The position numbers and the translations under genes are program-made. The notes beneath the pieces were generated by a model. It made no database searches and was not told where the DNA came from. It was given only the letters and a program-made list of their open reading frames with translations. Shown here piece by piece: positions 1 through 7,328 of a stretch of 44,117 nucleotides of DNA. The stretch comes from a virus (lineage: Duplodnaviria; Caudoviricetes): IMG/VR virus record IMGVR_UViG_3300048855_000162, positions 1 to 44,117 of that record. One strand, given 5' to 3'. Every line of letters begins with the position of its first letter. Positions within the stretch are counted from its first letter, which is position 1.

Positions 1-693
1 ATGACGTCCCCCACCCCCAAGCTCTGGTGGATGCTTCCGGCCATTGCGACGCAGAATCGGGTTGACGCACTGGCAGGCAAGGCAAAGCCGAAGGTCGAGG
101 TGGTAAACGCCGCTGAGATCCAGAACGCGCTCCTCGGCCCACCGGAAGCACCTCGGCCGCCGCTCCACGGTAAGATCCACCACCCGATCGCGGCCGAGGA
201 TTGGTCAAGCTTGCCCCGGCCGAAGTTGCGCGTTGCGGAACCTGGGTTCCGCTTCGACCTGTTCCGCCTAAGCTTGGAATTCGTCTCGGAGAAGCTGGCC
301 CAGGCATTCGCATCCGCGGGAGCGTCGCCCGACTATCTTCCCGTCGACTGCACCGAATGCACGACAGAGGTGCAGGACAAGGGCTATCAGACGTTGAACG
401 TGACGGTCTTCGCAAATCCCCTAGATCGTGACCGCACCCGTCCGGCGGACTTCGTGGATGTGGAAAGCGAAGGCGAGTCTACGTTCGTGTGGGTGCCCGG
501 CATGCCGCATCCCAACCAGCCCGCACCCGCCATCTGCTGGCGGAACGACTTCGAGCCGCCCGCGCCCATGTTCAGGGTTCCGGGAACGGGCTGGACTTTG
601 GTGACGGAGGAACTGGCCGCAGCCATCACCAATGCCGGTCTCGAGGATGTCGCCTTCTTCGATCTGACAAACGGATCAAAGCCACGACCCTAG
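1..693 (+). CDS. Imm11/DUF1629-like putative immunity protein (cargo of remnant A)
   Basis: 230 aa ORF with FVSEKL..A, Y.PVD, Y..LNV..LD and C-terminal FRV..TLVTEELAAAI..AGLEDVAF pattern recalled for Imm11/DUF1629 proteins. Confidence 0.5.
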   Translation: MTSPTPKLWWMLPAIATQNRVDALAGKAKPKVEVVNAAEIQNALLGPPEAPRPPLHGKIHHPIAAEDWSSLPRPKLRVAEPGFRFDLFRLSLEFVSEKLAQAFASAGASPDYLPVDCTECTTEVQDKGYQTLNVTVFANPLDRDRTRPADFVDVESEGESTFVWVPGMPHPNQPAPAICWRNDFEPPAPMFRVPGTGWTLVTEELAAAITNAGLEDVAFFDLTNGSKPRP

Positions 694-787
694 CGCCGAC
701 ACTGCTGACCGCGGGAAAGCGGAGAAACCTCGTAGAGCCGATCCGAGACGTCTTTGCGGCCGGCGAAAGCACGGCGCCCGCGCAAGC

Positions 788-946
788 TCAGTAGCTCAGC
801 CAATCCGTCTCAGCATCGTCGACCGCTTCGAAGCTGTCGCCGTCCGCCTGCATCCGGTTCAGATGCGCGCGAACCGCATCCGCGTCCCCGTCGCGCGGAA
901 AGCGGCGATCGGTGCGCGCCGCTTGGGCCAAGGCGGCCCACGCCAT
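788..946 (-). pseudogene. 5'-truncated YozE-like SAM-fold small protein
   Basis: LAQAARTDRRFPRDGDADAVRAHL...AVDDAETDWLSY*; upstream part replaced by integrase DNA at ~944. Confidence 0.4.
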
Positions 947-1490
947 CTGCGTCGCCCCTGAGCGCGAGCAGTGGTTTCCCGAGTCGCCGACGATCGACCT
1001 CAACCCATTCGGCCGCGCGCAGACCAAGAAGTTTCGCCCGACCCTCCCGGTCCTGCCGGTGCTGGCGGAATGGCTCACGGCCGAGCTCGCCGCCTATGAG
1101 AAGCTGGACCGCGCCGATCGCGCCGGCGCCGGCTACCTGGTCAACTATTTCGGTCGGCCTGTGCAGGACGTCGACACGTCCTGGCGGACGATGCTCGAGG
1201 AGCTCCGCCTTCCCGTCGGTCGTGAATGGAAGCCGTATATCCTGCGGCACAGCCTCGCGACGATCCTGCGCAACCGCGGCGTGGCGAAGTGGGACCTGCA
1301 GGGTTTCATGGGCCACGGGGCCGGCAGCACGACGGAGATCTACGCAATCGGCCGGTTCGACACCGTGCGAGCGGCGCTTGAGGAAGTCATCGGCGAAATT
1401 GATGCGGCCGCGCCTGGCGCGATGCGCAGAAACTGCGCCGAAGTCTCGCTATCCGGCCCTTCAAAGGGAGTCCTGAAAATGACCGGATAG
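944..1490 (+). pseudogene. 5'-truncated tyrosine integrase (remnant A)
   Basis: Aligns without gaps to 40515-41061 (~95% nt identity by manual count); keeps YILRH, MGH, TTEIY but lacks the N-terminus and first catalytic Arg (TLARPD). Confidence 0.92.
1423..1442 (+). promoter_or_regulatory. Putative integrase arm-type site (TGCGCAGAA-AC-TGCGCCGAA)
   Basis: 9-bp direct repeat at 11-bp period, 81 bp left of the att core; same motif at 40994 and 5798. Confidence 0.6.
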
Positions 1491-1503
1491 CAATAACTTA
1501 ACC

Positions 1504-1549
1504 TGGTGGGCGCGGCTGGGATTGAACCAGCGACCCCTGCGGTGTGAAC
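1504..1549 (-). repeat. att core copy 1 (3' 46 nt of tRNA-Val)
   Basis: Identical to 41075-41120 and 5659-5704; identity ends just past the anticodon loop. Confidence 0.95.
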
Positions 1550-1589
1550 GAACCCACAAGTCAGGCTTTCTGCCGCTTTGACGAGAGCG

Positions 1590-2152
1590 TGGCCGACGCG
1601 CTCAAGCCGGTCGCCGCCATCGCCGTGCACGCGCTCGCGCAGAGCCGGGAGAGCGACCTTGCCTTCCTGCGACGCCTCGGCCGCCAGCACGATGCGGTCG
1701 CCACCATCAAGCAGGGCTTGCTGATCTTCAGCCGCAAGGGCGCCGGCGTGACGCCCACCGGCGGCACCATCCCTCCCCTCACCCTTTACCGGCGCGAGGG
1801 CGACGGCCACCGCCTCCGCATCGAGAAGCGCGAGGAGGCAACCGGCATCACCGCCACCAGGCACGACCGCAAGGGCGCGAAGCGGGAGAGCGTCACCGTC
1901 GGCGACAAGGACGGCGCCAAGCGCCTGCGCAAGGTCTACCCGAGCGAGGCGGCCGCGCGCGAAGCCGCCACCGCCGCCCGCGCGCGCGCCGGTCCGCAGC
2001 CGCGCAGCCTGGAGCTGGCGCTGGCGCTCGGCCGACCGGATCTCTATCCCGAGCGGCGGGTCGTCACCGCCGGCTTCCGGCCGGAGATCGACGCGGTGGC
2101 TTGGCTGGTTGAGGAGGTGTCGCACAGCCTGTCGAAGGATCGCGGCTACGGT
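1590..2152 (+). pseudogene. 5'-truncated P2 gpD-like late control/baseplate hub gene
   Basis: ESDLAFLRRLGRQHDAVATIK and GRPDLYPE match the intact gpD at 31418-32497; N-terminal half absent; boundaries approximate. Confidence 0.85.
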
Positions 2153-2183
2153 CAGCGTGAAGCTGGAGACACGTTGAAGGCTG

Positions 2184-2561
2184 TCAGACCTCCGGTGGGT
2201 CTCGTTCGATCGACCCATCGCTGCCAGGCATGAAGAACGTAAGGCCGAATGCCCCTGCCCGTCTTACGGACACGAAATAAAGCTTGCCTGTCGCGAGCGG
2301 TTCCCGGCCTCCGCGCTGCTCAAAGCCTTCGGGAACCTGCCCATATTGAACGCGGGTGACGCAGTCGTTCCGAGAAACGGCGTCAATGCGCCAAAGAGGC
2401 TTTGACCGATCGGCGGCAGCATAGACGGTCACACTATCAAGGCAGTGCGGAGCGGACTCAGGAACTTGGAACAGCACCTGCCCTTGTTCGGCAGTGACGC
2501 TGGCCTGATACTCCTCGCTACAACCTGCGAGTGATAGCCACGCCAATGTAGCGAAGCACAT
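2184..2561 (-). CDS. Putative lipoprotein (cargo)
   Basis: Hydrophobic N-terminus with lipobox LAGC; start may extend to 2585. Confidence 0.6.
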   Translation of the reverse strand: MCFATLAWLSLAGCSEEYQASVTAEQGQVLFQVPESAPHCLDSVTVYAAADRSKPLWRIDAVSRNDCVTRVQYGQVPEGFEQRGGREPLATGKLYFVSVRRAGAFGLTFFMPGSDGSIERDPPEV

Positions 2562-2575
2562 GTTACGGTAAGACG

Positions 2576-3604
2576 GTGAACGCATGTTACTGTCCTAGCC
2601 AGCGAAGAGAACTCAGGACTTCCTCAGGAGCGGGTAAAAGGAGTATCGGAAGCAGAAGTGCCGGAACGTTGACTGAATGGGGGCCATTTGTGCAGCCGAT
2701 CACAGCGGACATAGTCGATAAGGTTCGGAAACAGGGTCTCGGGGGAAAGCTGTTGGACGACGGCGCCCTGCGCTACGTCATCTTCCTCAATCCCGTTAGG
2801 ATGCGACCGATCCGGCGGAGCAAAGCCGAATCGATGGTTAAGACGGTCGCTCGCGTCGCGCGATCCTTCGACGTGGTGATCAACGGGAACTACTATTACG
2901 TCGACTACTACACCGGGGCTCGGGCCCAGCTGGGGACCGCCGCGGCCCCAGCAGACACGAAAGTTGAAGGCCGTGTAGTGCTGGGTGGCAAGATCGTCGC
3001 GGGAGACTCTCGACCCGACCGCTTCTACATCGCCGAGGTGATGAACGCGATGCAGGTCGGTAAGAAGAGCCGAGGGTGGCATTACGAGGTGGGCAAGGGC
3101 AACCCTCCGACCGGAAGCACGGTTGTAGCCGGCGTGGGAAATCTGGGACCACTTGTGGATGATGGTCTACGGTACGGCACCGGGAATCAGTATCGTCCAC
3201 CCGCCAAGGGACCCAAGCAGGGCGATCCAGGAAACCGCCTCCGCTCTTCGCTCACCCAACGCAACGATAACACTTTCGCCAGTGTCGAAAGTCTGGACGT
3301 CCGAACCGGAAAGACAATCATCGCTTGGCATCCTGCCGCGAACGCTCTTCTCGTCGGTGTTCAATCGCACTTCGATGGGGGCCCTAAACGATCGGGCACG
3401 TCCTACAGGCGGATCGGTCAGCTGCTCCGCGCCGCTGGGTTTACCGAAGCCGTGTTCTGCGATGGCAGCGACAGCGCGATGCTCTGGCACGGCGGGAAGA
3501 TGATCATCGCACCCGGCGAGGCGAAAGCAAATACCATGACCATCGGGATCGGCTTCGCGCAGGTCCGCACTGCGGCGCCGGCGGCACGAAAGGAGAAACG
3601 ATGA
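2576..3604 (+). CDS. Phosphodiester glycosidase (NAGPA/DUF2233)-like protein (cargo)
   Basis: VVINGNYY, R.GKTIIAW and GFTEAVFCDGSDSAML resemble the family's INGG.F, RTA.G and A.NLDGGGSS motifs; true start uncertain. Confidence 0.55.
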   Translation: MNACYCPSQRRELRTSSGAGKRSIGSRSAGTLTEWGPFVQPITADIVDKVRKQGLGGKLLDDGALRYVIFLNPVRMRPIRRSKAESMVKTVARVARSFDVVINGNYYYVDYYTGARAQLGTAAAPADTKVEGRVVLGGKIVAGDSRPDRFYIAEVMNAMQVGKKSRGWHYEVGKGNPPTGSTVVAGVGNLGPLVDDGLRYGTGNQYRPPAKGPKQGDPGNRLRSSLTQRNDNTFASVESLDVRTGKTIIAWHPAANALLVGVQSHFDGGPKRSGTSYRRIGQLLRAAGFTEAVFCDGSDSAMLWHGGKMIIAPGEAKANTMTIGIGFAQVRTAAPAARKEKR

Positions 3605-4104
3605 GCAGGCGTTCTATTTGGGCCGCAAGCATCACGACGAGCTGCGCGGTTGTCTCGCTCGTCCTTCTCTATTCAATGTCCAAATCGATCATGTTGGTCG
3701 GCAGCAGACCGTCGGTCGTTTTTGGTCCTTCTCTCGCCCCGATTATTCTCCAAGGAGCCGTAGCTGCGACGATTGTACTAGTCGGAGTTACATCGTTTCG
3801 ACACGTACGTAGATCTGCGCAGTTCGCCGCGCTGGTACTTTGGCTAGTTGTGTTGTCCGTGTCCACGCACCGGTTCGTTGACGGAGGATCGGACGGCACC
3901 ACTGACATTTGGCTTGGAGTGCCGGTGTACAAAGACACGCGCTATGCCGAGACTGATCAGCAACCGCAACGCTGCCGCAAATGGGGGCTGCCTGCCCTTT
4001 GCTTCACGCGCGGAGGCGAAGCGGAGGCCGTGTTAACAGTCCTACCTTTCGGTCAAATGACGATGGACGGGCATGGCACGCTAGCGCCTGGGGGTGATCA
4101 CTAA
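3601..4104 (+). CDS. Membrane protein with ~3 TM helices, coupled to upstream gene
   Basis: ATGA overlap with 2576-3604; three hydrophobic stretches then a soluble C-terminus. Confidence 0.6.
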   Translation: MSRRSIWAASITTSCAVVSLVLLYSMSKSIMLVGSRPSVVFGPSLAPIILQGAVAATIVLVGVTSFRHVRRSAQFAALVLWLVVLSVSTHRFVDGGSDGTTDIWLGVPVYKDTRYAETDQQPQRCRKWGLPALCFTRGGEAEAVLTVLPFGQMTMDGHGTLAPGGDH

Positions 4105-4185
4105 TCTAGTCGCGAGGGCAATGGCTCAGGGTGTGCTGACGCTTAGAAGTTGGGCTCGAATAGTCTTAGCTGCTGACGGGGGACT

Positions 4186-4628
4186 CTACGGTTTCGCAGA
4201 GCTGTGGAAGGGGGGCAGCAGCAGATCTAGCATTCGCTCCTGTTCCGGATCGGTGAGCCCGAGCAGCAGGCGTCGGGCGTAGCGCACCTTCTTCATGCCC
4301 GGCGCAGGGCTGTCGGCGAGCCCTTCCTGGTGCACGCGGGCAATGCGTGCAACGCGGCCGCCGAAGCCCAGCCACGCCTCCGCATCGTTGGCGCCGGCCT
4401 TGAGGTGCTTGGACATGCGCAGCTTGCGGAACATGACCTGCTTGCGAATGCGCCCCTTTCTTGCGCGTGCTCTGGTCGCCTGCTGCCGGCGCGGCTCGAA
4501 GGGTGTACCGTCCGGGTTCTGCTGGGCTGCGATGCGATCAGACTGACTCTTGCGGATGTCGCGTGCGATCGTCCGCAGCAGCTTGCGGCGGGCGGGAGCC
4601 TCCACATTGCGCAGCAGTGCGGTGGCGA
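4186..4628 (-). pseudogene. 5'-truncated P2 gpS-like virion morphogenesis gene (inverted)
   Basis: ARRKLLRTIARDIRKSQSDRIAAQQNPDGTPFEPR...MFRKLR...RIARVHQEGL...YARRLLLG is typical gpS; start missing. Confidence 0.85.
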
Positions 4629-4631
4629 CCT

Positions 4632-4722
4632 GACGGCGCCCGCAGCGGACATCGTCTGCGATGACACCGAGGCAGCGTACTGCACCGGCATCACCCTGAC
4701 CCATGGCGGCTATGGCGCCTGA
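4632..4722 (+). pseudogene. 3' scrap of baseplate gpJ
   Basis: APAADIVCDDTEAAYCTGITLTHGGYGA* matches the end of intact J (APSADVVCDATQAAYCTGITLTHGGYDD*). Confidence 0.85.
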
Positions 4723-4990
4723 GCGTCCCGCTGCTGCCGCCCAACTCGACGCTGCTCGAGCGCGCTCTCGAGCAGGCGACCACGCGCATTGGCGACGTTC
4801 CTTACCCGCTGGACCTACTCTGGGATCCGCAGCGCTGCCCCGTCGAGCTGCTGCCGTGGCTTGCCTGGGGGCTGTCCGTCGAGTTGGGATCCGGAGTGGA
4901 GCGAGCAGGAGAAGCGCGACGCCGTCGCCAGCTCGATCGCGCTTCACTACACGAAGGGCACGCCCGCCTCGGTGAAGTCCGTCCTGGGTC
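4712..4990 (+). pseudogene. Frameshifted 5' fragment of tail protein gpI
   Basis: LLPPNS..LERALEQ, LLPWLAWGLSV, KRDAVA.SIALH..KGTPASVKSVL; two small deletions relative to intact I; fused to integrase DNA. Confidence 0.85.
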
Positions 4991-4996
4991 GCCAAG

Positions 4997-5644
4997 ATGC
5001 TGGAATACGCGTCGAAGCCGAACAAGCGACGCGAATCGTTGCACGCCTTCATCGTCGCTTCGATCTGCACGATTGCGCGTCCCGACTCGATCGTGGACAT
5101 CTGCGTTCGGCCGGATCGCGGCCAATGGTGGCCGGGGGCGCCGACCATCGACCTGAACCCCCACGGTCGCCTGCAGACGAAGAAGTTTCGTCCGGTCGTC
5201 CCCGTGCTCCCGATCCTTGAGCATTGGCTCGCCGCGGAACTCGCCGCTTGGCGAAAGCTCGACCGCGCGGACCAACGGCACGCCGGCTATCTGGTGAACT
5301 ACTTCGGCCGTCCAGTGCAGGACGTCGACGGGGCTTGGTCGACCATGTTGGAGAAGCTGGGCCTGCCCAGCGGTCGCGAATGGAAGCCGTACGTTTTGCG
5401 GCACAGCCTCGCGACCCTCGCGCGCAACTACGGTGCCGAGAAGTGGGATCTCGAGGGCTTCATGGGCCACCGCTCGCCCAGCCAGACCGAGGTCTATGCA
5501 ATCGGTGACTTCAAGAGCGTGGCAACCGCGCTTCAGCGCGTGACCGACGAGCTCGAAACGCTCGCTCCGGGCTCTCTACACCGGAGAGACACCGGGGCCG
5601 GTTCATCCAACATTTTCGCGACGGAGGCAAAAATGCCAGGATAA
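4997..5644 (+). pseudogene. 5'-truncated tyrosine integrase (remnant B), catalytic domain still open
   Basis: TIARPD, YVLRH, MGH, QTEVY; homologous to but clearly diverged from 39724-41061; N-terminal half missing. Confidence 0.88.
5578..5597 (+). promoter_or_regulatory. Putative arm-type site of remnant B integrase (ACACCGGAG-AG-ACACCGGGG)
   Basis: 9-bp repeat at 11-bp period, 81 bp left of the core as at 1423 and 40994, but a different sequence. Confidence 0.55.
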
Positions 5645-5658
5645 ACCGGCACTTAGGG

Positions 5659-5704
5659 TGGTGGGCGCGGCTGGGATTGAACCAGCGACCCCTGCGGTGT
5701 GAAC
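5659..5704 (-). repeat. att core copy 2 (left end of the large prophage)
   Basis: 46-bp identity with the tRNA-Val 3' half. Confidence 0.95.
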
Positions 5705-5797
5705 GAAAGAGATAGCACGGTTTTCTGCCACTTCTGAGCGGCGGAACGCCAACCCTTTCGTATTCGAACCCGCGGAAAACCGTTCGTTTGCACGGCC

Positions 5798-5817
5798 TGC
5801 GCCGAAAACGCGCCGAA
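5798..5817 (+). promoter_or_regulatory. Putative integrase arm-type site (TGCGCCGAA-AA-CGCGCCGAA)
   Basis: Matches the repeat at 40994-41013; lies on the phage side of the left att. Confidence 0.6.
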
Positions 5818-5869
5818 CGCAACACGCCCCCCAGGACAGCACCGACCTGCGACCTGCGCCGCCCGAGCG

Positions 5870-6736
5870 ATGATTGGGCGACCCTGTCGTGCGCCCTTCG
5901 CCTTCCCGTCCTGGGGGCCGCCGTTGTCCGATACCCACTCCACCAATGCACGCACGATCGCGCGCTCTGACGTCCATCCCGGCCTTTCTGCAGCCAACGA
6001 CGCTCGCCTGCAGCGGGCGCAGTCGCGGAACATCCTGCACGGCTTCGGCCGAGGCATGTCCGACCGCGCCCGCGGCCTCAGCGCCGTACGACGAGACAGC
6101 CATCACGCCGGCCCAGGCGATCTGAAGCGGTGGAAATCGAACGTATTCCCCCGGATTGAGAAGGAGACCCGCCTGGAAGTGATCTTCGCCTGGGCTGACG
6201 ACCATAAGGAGAAGGGTCGACCATGGGGTCTGCTGACACCGAAGCAAAAGGTGATCCTGCGCGAGATGCATGATCGGCGGTGCTTCACCACAGGGCGTCT
6301 CGACTGGGCTTGGAAGCAAATCGCCGAGTTCGCGCGCTGCTCGTTGGACACGTTGTCGAAGGCGCTGACGCGGTTCGAGGACCTCGGCCTGGTCAAACGG
6401 TGGCGACGCACGATCCCCGTGCCGAACCCTGCACCGGGTGAACCGACGACCCTGCAAATCAGCAACGGATACGAGCTCGGGCTGCCCGAGAAGGTAGCAG
6501 CGATCGTCGCTTCCAAGCTCAAAAAGGTCGCGCAGGTGTTCCTGCCACCGGTGCCTGCGCCACGTGAACCAACAGAGCAGGAGCAGGCTGCACTCGGGGC
6601 GCAGCTTGCCGCCAAGCCAACTGGCGACGCGGCCGCGGACGCTCGGCGCGCCCACTATCTCGAGACCAGCATCCAGCGGATGAACGCGAGGCGAAACGCG
6701 GGCGCCTTTTCGGCTAACCGCGATTCCGCATCCTAG
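5870..6736 (+). CDS. Putative wHTH replication initiator (plasmid-type Rep)
   Basis: GRLDWAWKQIAEFARCSLDTLSKALTRFEDLGLVKRWRR HTH and Q.SNGY motif; only replication candidate in the prophage; start could be 6056. Confidence 0.6.
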   Translation: MIGRPCRAPFAFPSWGPPLSDTHSTNARTIARSDVHPGLSAANDARLQRAQSRNILHGFGRGMSDRARGLSAVRRDSHHAGPGDLKRWKSNVFPRIEKETRLEVIFAWADDHKEKGRPWGLLTPKQKVILREMHDRRCFTTGRLDWAWKQIAEFARCSLDTLSKALTRFEDLGLVKRWRRTIPVPNPAPGEPTTLQISNGYELGLPEKVAAIVASKLKKVAQVFLPPVPAPREPTEQEQAALGAQLAAKPTGDAAADARRAHYLETSIQRMNARRNAGAFSANRDSAS

Positions 6737-7057
6737 AGAGTCTCCCTTCCCAGGCGATTAAATTAGAAAGGAGTGCCTACGGCACGCGCAGCTTGATGGT
6801 CTCTCAGAGCCGCGATGGCTCAACATACGCACCCGATAGCCAAGACCCGGCTGTCGGAACGCGGCGGCTTGCGCCGCCACGGGCTGCCGATGGGCAGCGA
6901 GCACGAAGCGTGCCGAGAAATCGCAAGCGGCGCATGCGCGGATAGGAGCGCAACAGCGCGCATCAAATCGCAACGGGCGCTCCATCGCAGGACCTGCGGC
7001 GATCGCGCGGTAATCGGCCTCTCCGGCCGTTCTCGGGCCGCACCGCGGCCCAACCAA

Positions 7058-7117
7058 CTGCACAAAAATCGACACCAAAAGCGGGGGGGCGAGGCGCGGG
7101 GGCAAGCGCGGCGCGCC
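7058..7117 (+). other. P2-type cos-like packaging site
   Basis: GGCGAGGCGCGGGGGCAAGCGC (7088-7109) resembles the P2 cohesive end GGCGAGGCGGGGAAAGCAC; expected position between rep and portal. Confidence 0.65.
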
Positions 7118-7328
7118 GTGCTGAGTTGCGGTGTAGCCCCTGGGCGGGGAGGGAGCACGCGCCGGCCGACATCAGGTTAATTGGGAGTATCGGAGCGGAC
7201 ATCAGCTTTCCAGGCTTCCGCATCATCAGGGTAGAGCGCTTGCTCTCCTGAGCGATCACAGGGGATCTTGCTGGAAAAGATGAATCGCTCCATCACCTCC
7301 GGCAAGTTGCTGATGGAGAGGGGGCCTC

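Larger units (their letters stand above)
788..1549. mobile_element. Prophage remnant A (right part; left boundary not visible in window)
   Basis: Integrase 3' fragment plus att core directly analogous to the right end of the intact prophage. Confidence 0.75.
1504..5704. mobile_element. Prophage remnant B (4.2 kb att-bounded cassette)
   Basis: Bounded by two att cores; fragments of D, S, J, I and int surround three intact cargo ORFs. Confidence 0.85.

Noticed and set aside
1504-1549. Extra tRNA genes at 1504 and 5659
   Set aside because: Only the 3' 46 nt are present; the D-arm and 5' acceptor strand are missing, so these are att copies.
1544-2233. 229-aa ORF as an intact gene
   Set aside because: Starts inside the att core and is a chimera around a gpD fragment.
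4186-5148. 320-aa minus-strand ORF
   Set aside because: Only the C-terminal part is gpS; the rest is antisense read-through of J, I and int scraps.
6758-7259. Several short ORFs between rep and sir2
   Set aside because: No recognisable motifs; the region is better explained as origin/cos DNA.
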